This document shows positions 1-13,000 of a stretch of DNA of 64,000 nucleotides, one piece after another (position 1 is the first letter of the stretch; every line of letters begins with the position of its first letter). A program made the position numbers and the translations under genes. Source of the DNA: Stylophora pistillata (Eukaryota); contig NW_019218249.1 of assembly GCF_002571385.2 (NCBI RefSeq), forward strand, positions 62,001-126,000. Direction: 5' to 3'. The notes under the pieces are model-generated. The model searched no databases and was not told where the DNA came from. It worked only from the letters and a program-made list of their open reading frames with translations.

Positions 1-262
1 TGATTTTTACAGTGAAGTCCGTTTCTAAAAATTTGTTGATTCGAATTCATTGAATTTGTTGAGGAAAAGTTTATCCCACACTCAAACCTTCGTAGATAAA
101 AGACATTTGGTGGTTGATAACCAGATCGACTTTTAGTCGATTGTTTAATATAGTTAAATGCCTATGCCATTTCTCATATGGGCGTGAAGTATTATGGTGT
201 ATGGAAAATATACGGAGAAAGTCACGTTGAAGTAACTATTAAAATTTGTGACTTTTTCTCAG

Positions 263-1083
263 AATCTTGAAGGTGTCATGCGTTTGGCGACTGCATACAT
301 AAACCTCTACGAATCTGGGTTTGTTCACCTCATGAATTGGAACCGAGAATTTCAGTGTGAAGATGATTTCTCGGAGGGGAAATGTATCGCAAAGGATCTG
401 GAAGATGAGAGCAAAGGCATGGAGACTTGTTTCTTTAACTGGAAAAAGAAGGTTAGTGATGCAAGAGAGGAGTTCAGGGAATTGAATTTCTTCACAACTA
501 AGCAGTTGATGATGCTGAGGAAGGAAATCGCCACAGTCTGCCATAGTAGCGGTCTTGATATAAGCAATATTCAAGTTCTTGCCCTGCTAGAAAGCGTTCG
601 TCCCAACTGTACTAGCGAACAGTTAAAATCAGCGATTCAACGTGCTTTCAAGGACACAGATATTCTTGATAACATTAAAGGAACAGCTGAGCTGCCAACG
701 TTCTCTTCCGTTCCTCTGCAATATGAGATGGTAACTCGCAGGTCAGTGTTTGAAAAGGTGAGTTCCTCTACAGGAATCAGTACATTTCCAGTCCAAGTTG
801 CGTCTGGTAAGAAGCCAAAGACTAGGAAAACATCAAAGATTCAAAGTTTCTTGAACGCGGCTGCCGATAAAGGTTTTTCGGAACAAATCGCACTGGCTGC
901 TATGGCGAGTCTGGGTGTTGATGCAGAAGAGGATGACTTACTGATTTGGTGTTTGGATGATGCCGACGAGGCCGACCTTGAGGCTCTATACGAAGATGCG
1001 AAGCAAAACCCTATCATTGCGCGAGCGGTCTTCTCTAAAGCAGTTGATTCTGCTGATCAGGGGTTGCAAGCAGAAGATCTAAG
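263..1083 (+). CDS. RNF213: RNF213-like exon (stalk region; contains UBA-like insert)
   Basis: 821-nt open exon with acceptor ttttctcag and donor gtatct. [18 protein letters not shown] resembles the RNF213 stalk motif (LNFYTAEQLVYL in human, from memory). Confidence 0.85.
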
Positions 1084-4000
1084 GTATCTTATTAGACAAG
1101 TGAAACAACTGCGATACGATAGGGATTATCGTTAGTGAATTCTAAAACACAATAACATAGGTAAAAATCAAGAGAAAGTGCAAGCAATTCAGTTTTTGTT
1201 TACGAATTATTGCAATATTTTCTTCACTTAGTTGAAGTAGTTTGATAATTCCTTTTCTTCTATATCAAACCTCACTGAAAGTTAACTCTTTACCATCTAT
1301 CATCATTAGAATCTCTATTTTTTCTGACACACACACAGAAATAGTAAATACCTAGAAGTTATGATTGGTTTCCTGAGGGGCACTATTGTAGGTCATCTAA
1401 TCTAATCATTGGTCTCTTACCATAGTGCAAACGAAAGCGAGTCAGACATGTCACTCGAGTCGTCATCGAAGCTCATTGAAAAAGACCTTGTCGATCAGAA
1501 AACGAGTAGGGACGAAGAGACAGAGATCAGTCAGTATCTTACACTCACACAGCTGGGAAACATACTCAGGGAGCTTTCAGTGAAAGGTAAAATGCTTACC
1601 TTAACATTCATGTTTTTATTTTAATACCTCACTCCCCTATCCGTAACTACACGAACTCACACTTTGGTCGATCAAATTTTATTTTAGGCCCTTTACAGTT
1701 AGCTTTTCTCGGGTCTTCAATTGGTAGTTGAATACATTTATTATCACGTATTTATAGGGAAACAGACGACAAACCGCACCTTTCCAGGATTCTTGAAAAG
1801 AGGACGACCCAACCTCATGCTCGCTCCAAAAGGTATCTACATGTAACATAGTAGCCATAGGCACATTTAATACATAAGTTTTGAAAAATCTAATGGCTAA
1901 CATAAATTCAGTCATGCTGTCATCTAAATTTTCATTATATTAACCCTTTTGACGATATTACCTTCTGTAAAGATTTAAAGCGTAGACCAGTCTTTCAGGA
2001 AGCAGTTTTTTGTTTATTTGTTTTTTTTATTTGTAGCAGTTTAGGGAAAATATTATATGTACTTACACTTATCCACTCTGCTGTAGGTGACATTCTTGCG
2101 ACTGTCCTCGCCCTGTATATGCATGACAAGCAACAGCCGTTGCCAAGTCATGAAGAGGTGCTCCTTTGCACTCCTGAAACCACTGCAGAAGAGGTAGTTA
2201 GTGGGATATTTTAGCCAATTTTCTTTCTTAATTTCTTACACATCTTTAGATAAAGTGCTCGTTTGAGTAGCCTTATCGTTTACAACAACTACTGCTGGAT
2301 ATTGACTTTGGTTGTTTGAATAAGGAAGGAACTTTCCTCGAGGTGGATGGGATGTTAAGTGTCACTTACTCATCAGCCCACATTAGTTATTTTTCAAGGG
2401 TCACACGCTGATTAGCCTAAATCGGTTAACCTTCCTGAATGGTCCAATTAATTAATGGTATGTAGGTGTACCTCAAGGAGGTGCGTGAGTGTTTTTTCAT
2501 CCATATGATTTTCTTTGACTTAGATCGAGCTGCTATGGAGACGTGCAGTAGGGGAATTGGAAGGTCGATTTTACTGTCTTGTTCATGCAGATCTGTTGGA
2601 ATTTTCCGTTAGTAAACAAGCAGTTGACATGCTGAGTGTGGTGACGCAGGGACTTGCTAGAAAGAATGGAGAACGTAAGTTCCGCTTTATTCAAACGAAA
2701 TAACCTCTTCTTTGTCTTGTGTGTGTTCAATTATGTTTTTATTTCGGTAAGAACGGTGATTGGCTGTCGTTACCATTTAGATTATGGCCTGGTAATAATC
2801 TGTAGTAGTGAGAATGAAGGCCGCGCCAATATAGTAGCAGCTCTTGAACAGTGTCGTGTTGCTGCCCCACCTTGTCCTTCGCCAGATGACCTCAAAAGCT
2901 ACCTTAAGCATCAGCTCCGAGCTCCTTCTTCTCAGCAAGGATACATCGGAAGCAGTAAGATTAGATGGACTGCAGCTGGATGTTTAGATCCAGAAAGGTT
3001 ACTTTTCTTTTATAGTTTTGTAACAGTGTAACCTTCATTCAAGGACAATCTCTCGTACAAAATGAGCCATCCCCCTCTTACTTTCAACTTTCAGCACTCA
3101 ATTTAAACTTTTTGTACTGTTTGTGATAAATTGACGCGTTCTCGCCCGATGAGCATGATGAAATTTTACTAGGATATTATTACGTGCGTAATAAAATGCA
3201 TGCAAAAATTTTATCATGGTTATTGAGTGAAAACACGTCAATTAACAACGCAACAAATGGCGGACAGGTTTGGAGAAAGTAACAATGTTTTTAAATATTT
3301 TAAGTTTCGCTCTTCCAAAAGCGGCTATGACAAAAGTATTGAAACGTCGGAACCAAACAATTCATACAGAAGACGAAGGTTAAATTACAGCTTACTGAGA
3401 ATGAGTGCAAACCCTCAATTATTCCTGACTGAAAGGTTCAAAGCTCGAAGCAAATTCTTGCGTGAAAACCCCAACGACTCCTGCAACAACAGAAGGCAAG
3501 TGGCCGCACCATGAACATGGGTTAGAGGAATAGAGTCAAATTTTTGCAGTTATATTGATAAAATGTAATCACATGAACTTTTCTCGTAAATTGTTCAGAA
3601 AACAAATTACAGTCTCACCAAGGGCTCGTGCAATTTCGTTTGCCCTTTGAAAAAATCACTTGTGCTGAATTATCCCAAATTGCGCTCGAAATCTTGTGAT
3701 TACTCATACATATTGATATATCATTTTAGCGGAGATTGAAGATTGGTTAAACTAATTGGGAGATTTTTTTTGTAGCCTCTGTGTCCGAGTTGTCTCATCG
3801 AATCGAGGAGGCATGGGAAAGACTCTGTTTGTTCGTCGCTTAACAGAACAGCTGCCTGACCTTGAGAACAATGACTTGATTATGACAAATTTGCGCGGCC
3901 AAGACTCAAAAACATTGCTGCATGTGACTGTACCCCTCCATGGGAATTCCACAGACTCATCAATGGTTGCAGATGCGCTTCTGTCGCACGCAGTCAAGGC

Positions 4001-7000
4001 CAATGTACCGCTCTCCCGGATTTTTCATCTGGATGTATCGCCTTCGGTAAGATTGTGAAATACCTCGAGTGTAAGGCAATTTAGGTGAGACCTGAAGAAA
4101 GAGAGAGAGAGAGAGAGAGACTCATCTGCAGTAGAAAATATTCGAAAGGTGTTAGTTAGAACTTAAATACAGGCTCTAATATCTACATTCACTGTGTATA
4201 CCAATGCTACCAATTGACAGGAGCAGCAATTTCAGAACAACATTAATAGGAATGTTCCTGTCATTTTAGAGTTCTTGTGGTATTCTCTCTCCGTCGGTTT
4301 GCGAAATGACGAATTTTAAATCATTTTGTGCTAATTATTAAAAAACGACTTTTTTTAACGCCTTCAATTAGTAATTCGTGTTTGTTTGTCCTTAACATCG
4401 CCCGCCTAGATTAGCTCGCTATTCGTAGGTGGTGTTTATTGTAAATAATTGTTTTGGAAGACCTAATAAACTTTTAAAACTTGTAAACTTGTAAAACTTG
4501 TAAACTTGTAAAACTTGTAAACTTGTAAAACTTGTAAACTTGTAAAACTTGTAAACTTTCCCTTTTAGATGAGACGTGGTCTGGACACACTTCTCTTTAA
4601 TTTACTTGTTCTTGGGTACCTTTGTGACAAGATGGGAAGAGTATGGAGAAGAAGAAGCACAGACTTGTACGTCATTGAGATTACGACAGCTGCTCCCCTA
4701 CCCATGGGGTTCACGAAGGAAGAAGAATTTGAAAATCAAGGGGTGAGCTAAGAAAAAGGGGAAAGAAAGTTGTGTTCGAATGTTATGTAGAACAATTCTG
4801 TAACTGGAAGGATATGCTAAAAATATAAGTCACTGAAAACGTATGAAACCAACTTTCACCTGGTGAAGCTGCTACCTGGTATGAAAGCTTATGAATTTGA
4901 ATCCTAACTGGTTGGCTTGTTAGCTTAGACCCTAGCCGTGGTCATGGTTATAGTTTCACTGGGCAAGACAGTTTATTACACAGTACCTAATCCAGTGCTA
5001 TAAATCGACTGGAGCCACTGTATGGGAAACCTCAAAAAAACATCGTCTTATGACCTGTGTTTGACTAACATTTCATTTGGATGAGAAGCAACACTTTAAG
5101 TGTTAAACCACCTCACGCGACAGAGGCCAGGATAAACTCTGGCGGCTATGCGAGTCATTGTCATAATCAGAATTACCCTCTGCCAGCTCTCTTCAAATTG
5201 ATGTCATCATTTTAACCCGTATCCTTGGAGTCGCGTATTGATTGATGTTAGCTTTATTTTGTGGTTTTCAGAGTACATCCGGAAGATCCGCTTTATCGAA
5301 GCTACCTTTCTACGATCTATTACCCACTATTCACTGTGATACACCAAGAAATGTTCTGTGCCGTTTAACAGATACTCCAGGTATGTTTCATTTACTTTAA
5401 TCGTGATCAGTCACAGTGTTCGGTATTAATCTCTGGTATTTGATTAATGTTACAGATCCAAGCGACTGCAATCCTTTATTCGATATCAAGGAATTTAGAA
5501 ACGCACCATTCCAGAGGGTCTACCAATATCTTAAGCTGTCGAAGGAAGGGCAAAGTCTGGACAATTTCACATTCTTTGCGGGAAATGTTGATGATGATCG
5601 AAAGACATGCCTTTTGCTCCTTCTTAGGTTTGTAAAAATTAGTAGGTAGATGTTCACGGCGTATGACAGGTATTGTTTTGCTCTTTCTTTCTTAAAGACG
5701 ACTTACAAAGCGATATTTTTATTTAAGTGCTGTATTAGGGGATTTATCCGATATGTGTAGTGAAAACGCATTTTCTTCTGAGAACTCTCTTCTCGAATAA
5801 GCTCAACATCAACTGTTCAAGAAATTTAAATGCCCAGCTCCACTGTTTCAAGTGTTAATTAAGAAGAATGGTTGGTGTTTTCATGGCCACTGTATTGCAA
5901 TATTTTTTCGCAGAAACTGTGGCATTACCGAGCCTTCTTGGTCGGAGATTCGTCATTTCGTGAGTTTCTTGAACTCACAGCTTCGAGACTGTGAAGAAAG
6001 TTTTTACTGTGACATGAAGTTGATGAGGACTGTTCTGGCCGGGCAAAATGTGCTGAATCTTGAAGGTTTCCGGTCGTTCGTTGTGCGCTTTATGATACAA
6101 ATGTCAAGGGTAAGTAAGTTGTTCAAATATTACCTTATCCCGACAGCTTCACAATAAAGATCTTTTGATTCCAGGAGGAGTATGGCAATAATTACACGTT
6201 CGCGAGAATGCCACTATTTTGGCCAAAAAATGTTTATAATTGGCGTTCTACTTTTCTTTACTTTAGTTACTTTAATTTGAATGGCATCATAGTGGCGGAA
6301 CTATGTGAGACTCATATCTTATGAGAGTCAAACTACCCTCAAAGGCATTAACTGAAACTATGAACTTCATAATGCGCCTTACTTACTATATAGTCTCTGT
6401 GGCTCAGTGGTAGAGCATCGGAGCAGCGGAATACCAAGGTCTGAGGTTCGATTCCTCATGGGGACCTAATTTTTTTCTTTGTTCCACACTCAAAATTCAT
6501 CATCTTTTTTATTCTTTAATTGCAACTATTCTTTTTTCACTGAACTAAGAAAATACATTTCTGTAGTATGCCGTTAACACATTACTGTTCCGCAGGAGGG
6601 AGCCTTTTAGGGAAAGAGCTTTCTAAAGGGAGTAGTCCTATCAAAGGAACACTAACAGCAGCCATTTCAGTTATTGGTTTTCTTTCAAGCTGTCGTCCAC
6701 CTTTGATTGACATCGTTTTTGTGAAAATGGCTAAAAGTTATTTCGTTATTTTTAAACATAAATTCTTTGATGGATTCATAATAACATAACATTTTATCTA
6801 TTCCATCTAACTGAAAAAAACTAATCCTATTATTTGTAGTTCGTTATCATTTTTATGGTTTAGAAATACAGGCTCACAAAAGCAATCTTGCAGCCCCCGA
6901 GAAACACTCTAAATATTAGCTTTACATCCATTTATGTACATGAACGCCTTGCCAGGAAACTTCCACTTCTTATCATTGAACTGCGATGAATATCAAAATA

Positions 7001-10000
7001 TTATTATCTTTCTGCCAAGTTAAAAAAAAATCTGACGTACCATTCAGAGCCACCTTAAACTATCTAAAACTTAGGATGGCTCGTATGTACAGCTTTTTTC
7101 TTACTGCGGAATAGAAATCGAAACCAAAGGAAAATATTTCGAAGATACCATCTTTCAAATAACTTGTTTCTAAATGCTACACCAAGAGGTTAAGTCTAAC
7201 GAGAGGGGAAGTATTGGGGTTCATTAGAAATTTGAAAGTCTAGATGGAGTCGCATGAGAGACAGGGGGATGCATCAGGTCGTTTACGTTACGTCGAAAAC
7301 GTGCTTACAAATCGTACATTCGTCGTCATGAAAACAAATTTCAGAAATTTTGGGTAAAATTGAAGCTAAAAAAAGTTTCATAAACTATAGAGCCCAGATA
7401 CTTTAACGCTCACTTTTAGACCGCTCTCCTATTCTATTAATGTTTCTAAAGAATGCCTTTAATTTCTCCTTTTCTTTGTAATATTGTCCATTGGTTAGAA
7501 GTCCTTTTTTAGTATTTACTTAGCTTTTCTTTTAGGATTTTGCTACCCCCTCTTTAACGGAAGAGAACACTGTGTTTTACACGGTAGACAACGAAGAACT
7601 TAAAAGAAAAGAGATCGAACAGTTTCAGCTCAGAAGACAGTGGGAAAGCAGGTGATTATTTTTTTGTCGCGTAGCACATTAAAACGTTGCTCAGTCGTGA
7701 CTGTCGCGTGTGCCGGTTCGTTTTAAGAATTTAAAATAAAGCAAAGAACGTATAAAAGCGCGAAACATTCTGAAAAAAACTGTCTTCCGGTGGGCAGTCG
7801 TTTGGGCTCGTCACTGAAGCTGCAATGGTCACGGGCGAACAGTTGGCGTATTTATAGGAGAAGGTTACTCCAAATTGAAAACCTGTCATCTGGCATACAG
7901 TGCTGACGCACCTTAACAACAACGAGAATAGAGGATGAACAAAATGACTAGGAAGGGTTGTAGTGCCGGTCATGAAAGGACCTAATAGGTGTTCAATCCT
8001 TCTGTAAATATCCCTTTGTACTTTTTTAAAATCGACTGACATTCTTGTTTCTTTGGTCAAGCAAATACCTTTGGGGCACTGTAAATGCGACAGTTAATCT
8101 CATGTCTTTGAAAAAGAGGTTTTTAGTTAGAACAATGATTTCACCAATTTCTTCAGAAAAGTTGCCCAGCATATGCTTAAAAATCATTTTTTAGTTTTTC
8201 TGCTCCCTTACTAATCAATAATATTGGAGTGGTGTTCTTTTCAGAACGGAGACACCTGTAGTTCTATTACGCAATAAATGAAGAAGTGAGCAGGTTCAAA
8301 ATTGCGGTGTTCTAGAGAAGGAACTAATTTCCTTCTTGAAATGGGGTCTTTTTCAGTATTGCCTTTGTCGTTGCATGATTTCTGAGGCAAAGAGTGGTTA
8401 AAAACAGAGGTAACAGTCGTTTGTATGGAGAGATTGTTCGTACTAGGGTAATTCTGGAAGGGACTTTTCACTTTCGAAAACTGAGTGGAGGATGAAACTT
8501 CAGTTACTGTCACTTTCAACGGTGCCCTAAACTAGGTGTCTCATGACAGTTTTTGTTTTTGTATTGTTATTCAGTCCTCATCCATACCTATTCTTTAACC
8601 AAGACCACATCACTCTGACTTTTCTTGGTTTCTTCATCAATTCTGCTGGTGACCTTGTTGACCCTCAAACGGGCCAGACTTTGGAGAGAGGTTTGATGTC
8701 CAAACATTTACGTAATGGACTGCATGCCCAGCGTGTCGATTTTACAACAAACATTGAGACCTCGAAGAAGTAAGTGCCGACACCATTTTACTCAGACTGT
8801 TATGTAATTGCTTTGCGTCATTTAAGAATAAACATTTTGCATTTGGAAAGCTGATAGGGTTCACTGTCAATATCTAACTTTCTGAGCAAGTGTCTCATGT
8901 TGAAGATATCTTCGCTTGAATGATTAATGGCGTCGTGCTCTTTACCTTTCGAATATCTCCTAGCGAACGTCATGGTAAGATCGACATTCTTTGGGAGGAT
9001 TGGAAGGTTGTGAATCCCATCTGAGGAGAATGTATACTTCATAATTGCACCTTACGTCGTCATACATTGTTGATGTCCGCTAACGCCGAGTCTTTGCTAA
9101 TATGTACAATAAAGCGACCACAATGATAGATTAGCGCGTCAGAATTGGGGGTTGACTTGTTGTAAGTTACAGGTTTAAATTGCTTTTTATCAACCTTTTG
9201 CTCTGACAAGGGGCTACCGCTCGAAACGTGAGCTTTTAACTCGTTACGGTGGTCAAGGTACTATTTCAACTTAGTTGATTTGCCAAATTACCTTGTTACC
9301 CCCACCGACGCAGCATCCTAGTTTCTTTAGAAACTTACCCCCTTTTTTCGATTTAGCCGTTTAAGGATGTAAACGGTTAACGACGAAAAAGAATGGTTTG
9401 TGAGATTCTCTGTTCAATCATAAAGCCTTCTGTCAAATACATTTATTCCATTTCAGAAAGGATAAGATAAATCAGTTATGTTCTGTGATGGGTGTAAAGT
9501 GGTCGCACGATCCAGACAGTGCCTATGAACTTACGATAGACAATGTTAAGAAGATTCTGGCCATTCATATGAGATTCAGGTAAATATTGATTCAGACCGG
9601 TTTGAATTTGATTTCCTTTGGAATTGTGAGAAATTGGTTTATAAAGAATGAGTTGGTTTAAGCTTTACCAAGTTTGTTTTCCCTGAAAATTATGTTTTAA
9701 ACTTACTGTTCAATATCGTCAAACTTTCTTAAGTATTAGGTTACATTCAACCCTCTATCCTAATGGTAAAGAAGAAGGTTTTTACCTTAACGCTGATCGA
9801 TGAATTTTGTGAACAGATGCAACATTCCTGTGATCGTCATGGGTGAGACAGGCTGTGGTAAGACCCGCCTCATACGTTACATGTGTGGTTTACAAGCAGG
9901 CCCCAAGGGACCCCGGAACATGCTTCACCTCAAGGTAACTTCACATGATGAAATCAAACGTCTATACCACGTTTACTCTTTTTAAATTTAAAAAAAAAAT

Positions 10001-13000
10001 CGCAGAAGCTTAGTCTATACCAATTACATATTATTTTACATCGAAAGGTTCATGGTGGTACAACATACGAAGACATCGAGCTTAAAGTTCACCAAGCAGA
10101 AGATATGGCTCTTGTAAATCAAGACAAGAATATTGACACGGTTCTTTTCTTTGATGAGGCTAACACTACTGAAGCACTGACCATGATCAAAGAGGTTATG
10201 GTGGACCGAAGAGTCAATGGTCAAGCTATTGGACAAGGCTTACAAAGGCTGCAGTTTATTGCTGCCTGTAATCCTTACAGAAGGTAAAAAATGCCTTATC
10301 TGCCTTACTTTTGACTCAGATAACTAGGACTTAAACTTTGATTGGCATGGTAGATTTTCTCGAATTCACGGCGTGGACTCAACCCATCTTTCGTGATTTC
10401 CTTGAATTTAGTTTCTCTCACCGTCAAGGTGGCACCCAAGTGGCGAACCTCGTTGAAGTTTTGTGAGAGTCGATCATTGTGCCCTGGACGATAAAGTTTT
10501 GGTCGGAATAGCAACCTTCTGGGATGATTTTCTATGTTCTTCTAGAGCTTAACTGAATACGTTAGCTTTGTGCTCGAAATGAACAGTAATGACGAAGTGT
10601 TCTTGTTTATATATTTTGAAGACACACGGATGACATGATTCACAAACTTGAGTCAGCAGGGCTTGGATATCGTGTGAATGCAGATGAAACAGAAGATCGG
10701 CTTGGTATGGAGAAACATTTTACATTTCCTTTTTCAAAGAAACAGTCGAATTTCTCCACCATGCGTTTCCTTTCTGTTATGAAGGAGATCGCTCTTTTGT
10801 CTTAGTTTTCCATTGGAGTAAAGATGAATAAGATGGCCCGTTTTGTAATTGAAGGGCTTGTCTTTTGAATATGTGCTTGATAATCGAGACCGATGTTGTT
10901 ATGAGAAATCTAAAACTGAGGCCTTGCCGTACTGAGGCCTTGCCGTACTGAGGCCTTGCCGTACTGACCAAGCCGCATCAAGGTCAGTATGGTTAGGCCT
11001 TAACAGTTGACAAAGCGGATTCTAATAGTACACGAACAAAATTCTGTATCGCTTAGAATTGGTTTTTAAGCATGTTTCTTCTACAGGTCATATTCCATTA
11101 CGTCATCTTGTGTACCGTGTGCACGCCCTCCCAGGAAGCATGCGCCCTTTGATATGGGATTTTGGCCAGTTGAAACCCGATGTTGAGAGACTGTACACTA
11201 ATCAAATTGTCCACCGCTACGTAAGTGTGGTTTTCGATTTCTTATCAACCTTCAAGGATGAGGAAAACAAGGAGATGAGAACCCCAATTTTTCTTTTCTT
11301 TTCTTCCCTCATCATAGCGAATGATATGCATAACCTTTATGGGAAATAATAGAAAAGTCCGATACCCAGCTTCCCTTCTATTTGATTGCAAAAGTGGACT
11401 ACGTTTAGAGTAGAATATTCATCCAGCTGGAAAATTTTAAGAAGGGGTGGAGCTATCACTTAATCACTGTAGCTGTTTTTTGTTAATCTATTGTTTAATT
11501 CAGTTTGTAATTTTCTCCCGTCATTTTTTACAGATTATCCGTGAAAATCAATTACCAGGAGACTCGTCGACAGTGGAGGCAGTTGCGGAGGTTCTGGCAG
11601 CTTCGCAGATATATATGAGAAATCAATCGGTTGGTAAAGAGTTTCTAGCCAAATTTTCCCCCATTTATCAAAGAAATAAGGTTTTAAATTCGTATTGTTA
11701 GTGATTTGTCAACTCAAAGAGGTAATCACCTGCTTCTTTTCATTTAAGGACGAATGTAGCTTTGTTAGTCTTCGTGATGTTGAGAGAGCCATGCAGGTGA
11801 TGGTCTGGTTTTATGAGCACATGGATACGCTTGGTGAATCAATGGACAAGGTGATAGCTGATGTGAGTACGCCTCTTATTTATTTAGTCATTCATTTATT
11901 AATTTTTTGATCATTCATGTCCACGTTCAGTAATAATAAAGAAGAAGCGGACATTTGTTTATCCTTTTGCTTGCTTCAATCCGTCTCGCGTTGTGATTCA
12001 ACCATTTGTCTGAGTACAGCAAGAGCGGTAGATGTGATTTATACACCGGTGTTAGGAAAAAATAATATAGTCTAGTTTCTTATATCTTTGCCTCAAGCCA
12101 CAAATGCGTCTCTGCTGATTTATCTGCAAGAAAGTAAGGTAGGTTTAGGGAAACGACAATTCTGGTGAAAAATGTCGCGATATTGGTCATTCCGCAGGAG
12201 ACCATAAGTCCTCTCACCCGTGCCCTGGTACTCGCTATTGGTGTCTGCTATCACGCTCAGCTACAGAAGCGGCGGGAAGGATATCGTGAAGTAGTGGCAA
12301 AGAGCTTTAAGGCACCATGTTTACTTCCAGGTGGTCAGGAGCAAATCCTCCGTGAAATTTCAAGGTTCGCACTCTTTAAATTTATAAAGAAAAACGCTTA
12401 AGTTTTTCTTCGTCTATGCCTTATGAAAATAACATGAACTACAAAGCTCATGGTGATGTAATTTATTGAAATATTACGGTACGATTTGTTGGTGTAAGTT
12501 TAATCAATAGAAGATGAGGCCTGAGGTTCCGCTGTTTAAAATTACGTCCCCGTCAGTTCTGCACTTGGTGTAAGCAAGAGTAATGTTAACATATTTATCT
12601 AATACTGCCAATTTTTTTGTTTCTGCTAGTTGCCAAAAAGCTGTGTTAAACGATTTGGAACTCGGCCCTAACATTGCTCGCAATACAGCCTTGACCGAGA
12701 ATGTGTTCATGATGGTAGTGTGCATTGAGCTCAGGATCCCACTATTTGTGGTTGGAAAACCAGGCAGCTCCAAATCATTGGCCAAGACAGTTGTTGCATA
12801 TAACATGCAAGGCGATGCTGCAAGATCGCCTTTATTCAAGACCTTCAAGCAGGTAATAAGAATTTTCGAGGTTCGTTGGAAAGTAACTATCTTGGTACTA
12901 TAAAAGTACAGAAATTTAGATTAGGTAAAGGGAGTTGTTATGGTCATGTCGGTGTTATTTTACTCACTCTTGCTGCTCAAAAGTACTTCATTTCGGGTAT

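Noticed and set aside
4476-4557. CRISPR-like array (also 56759-57290)
   Set aside because: No unique spacers and a eukaryotic context; these are tandem or MITE repeats.
6393-6465. Genuine tRNA genes (also 43617-43690, 47717-47800, 13300-13375)
   Set aside because: A and B boxes are present but cloverleaves are imperfect and the copies share SINE-like bodies or recur as repeats; called tRNA-derived SINEs.
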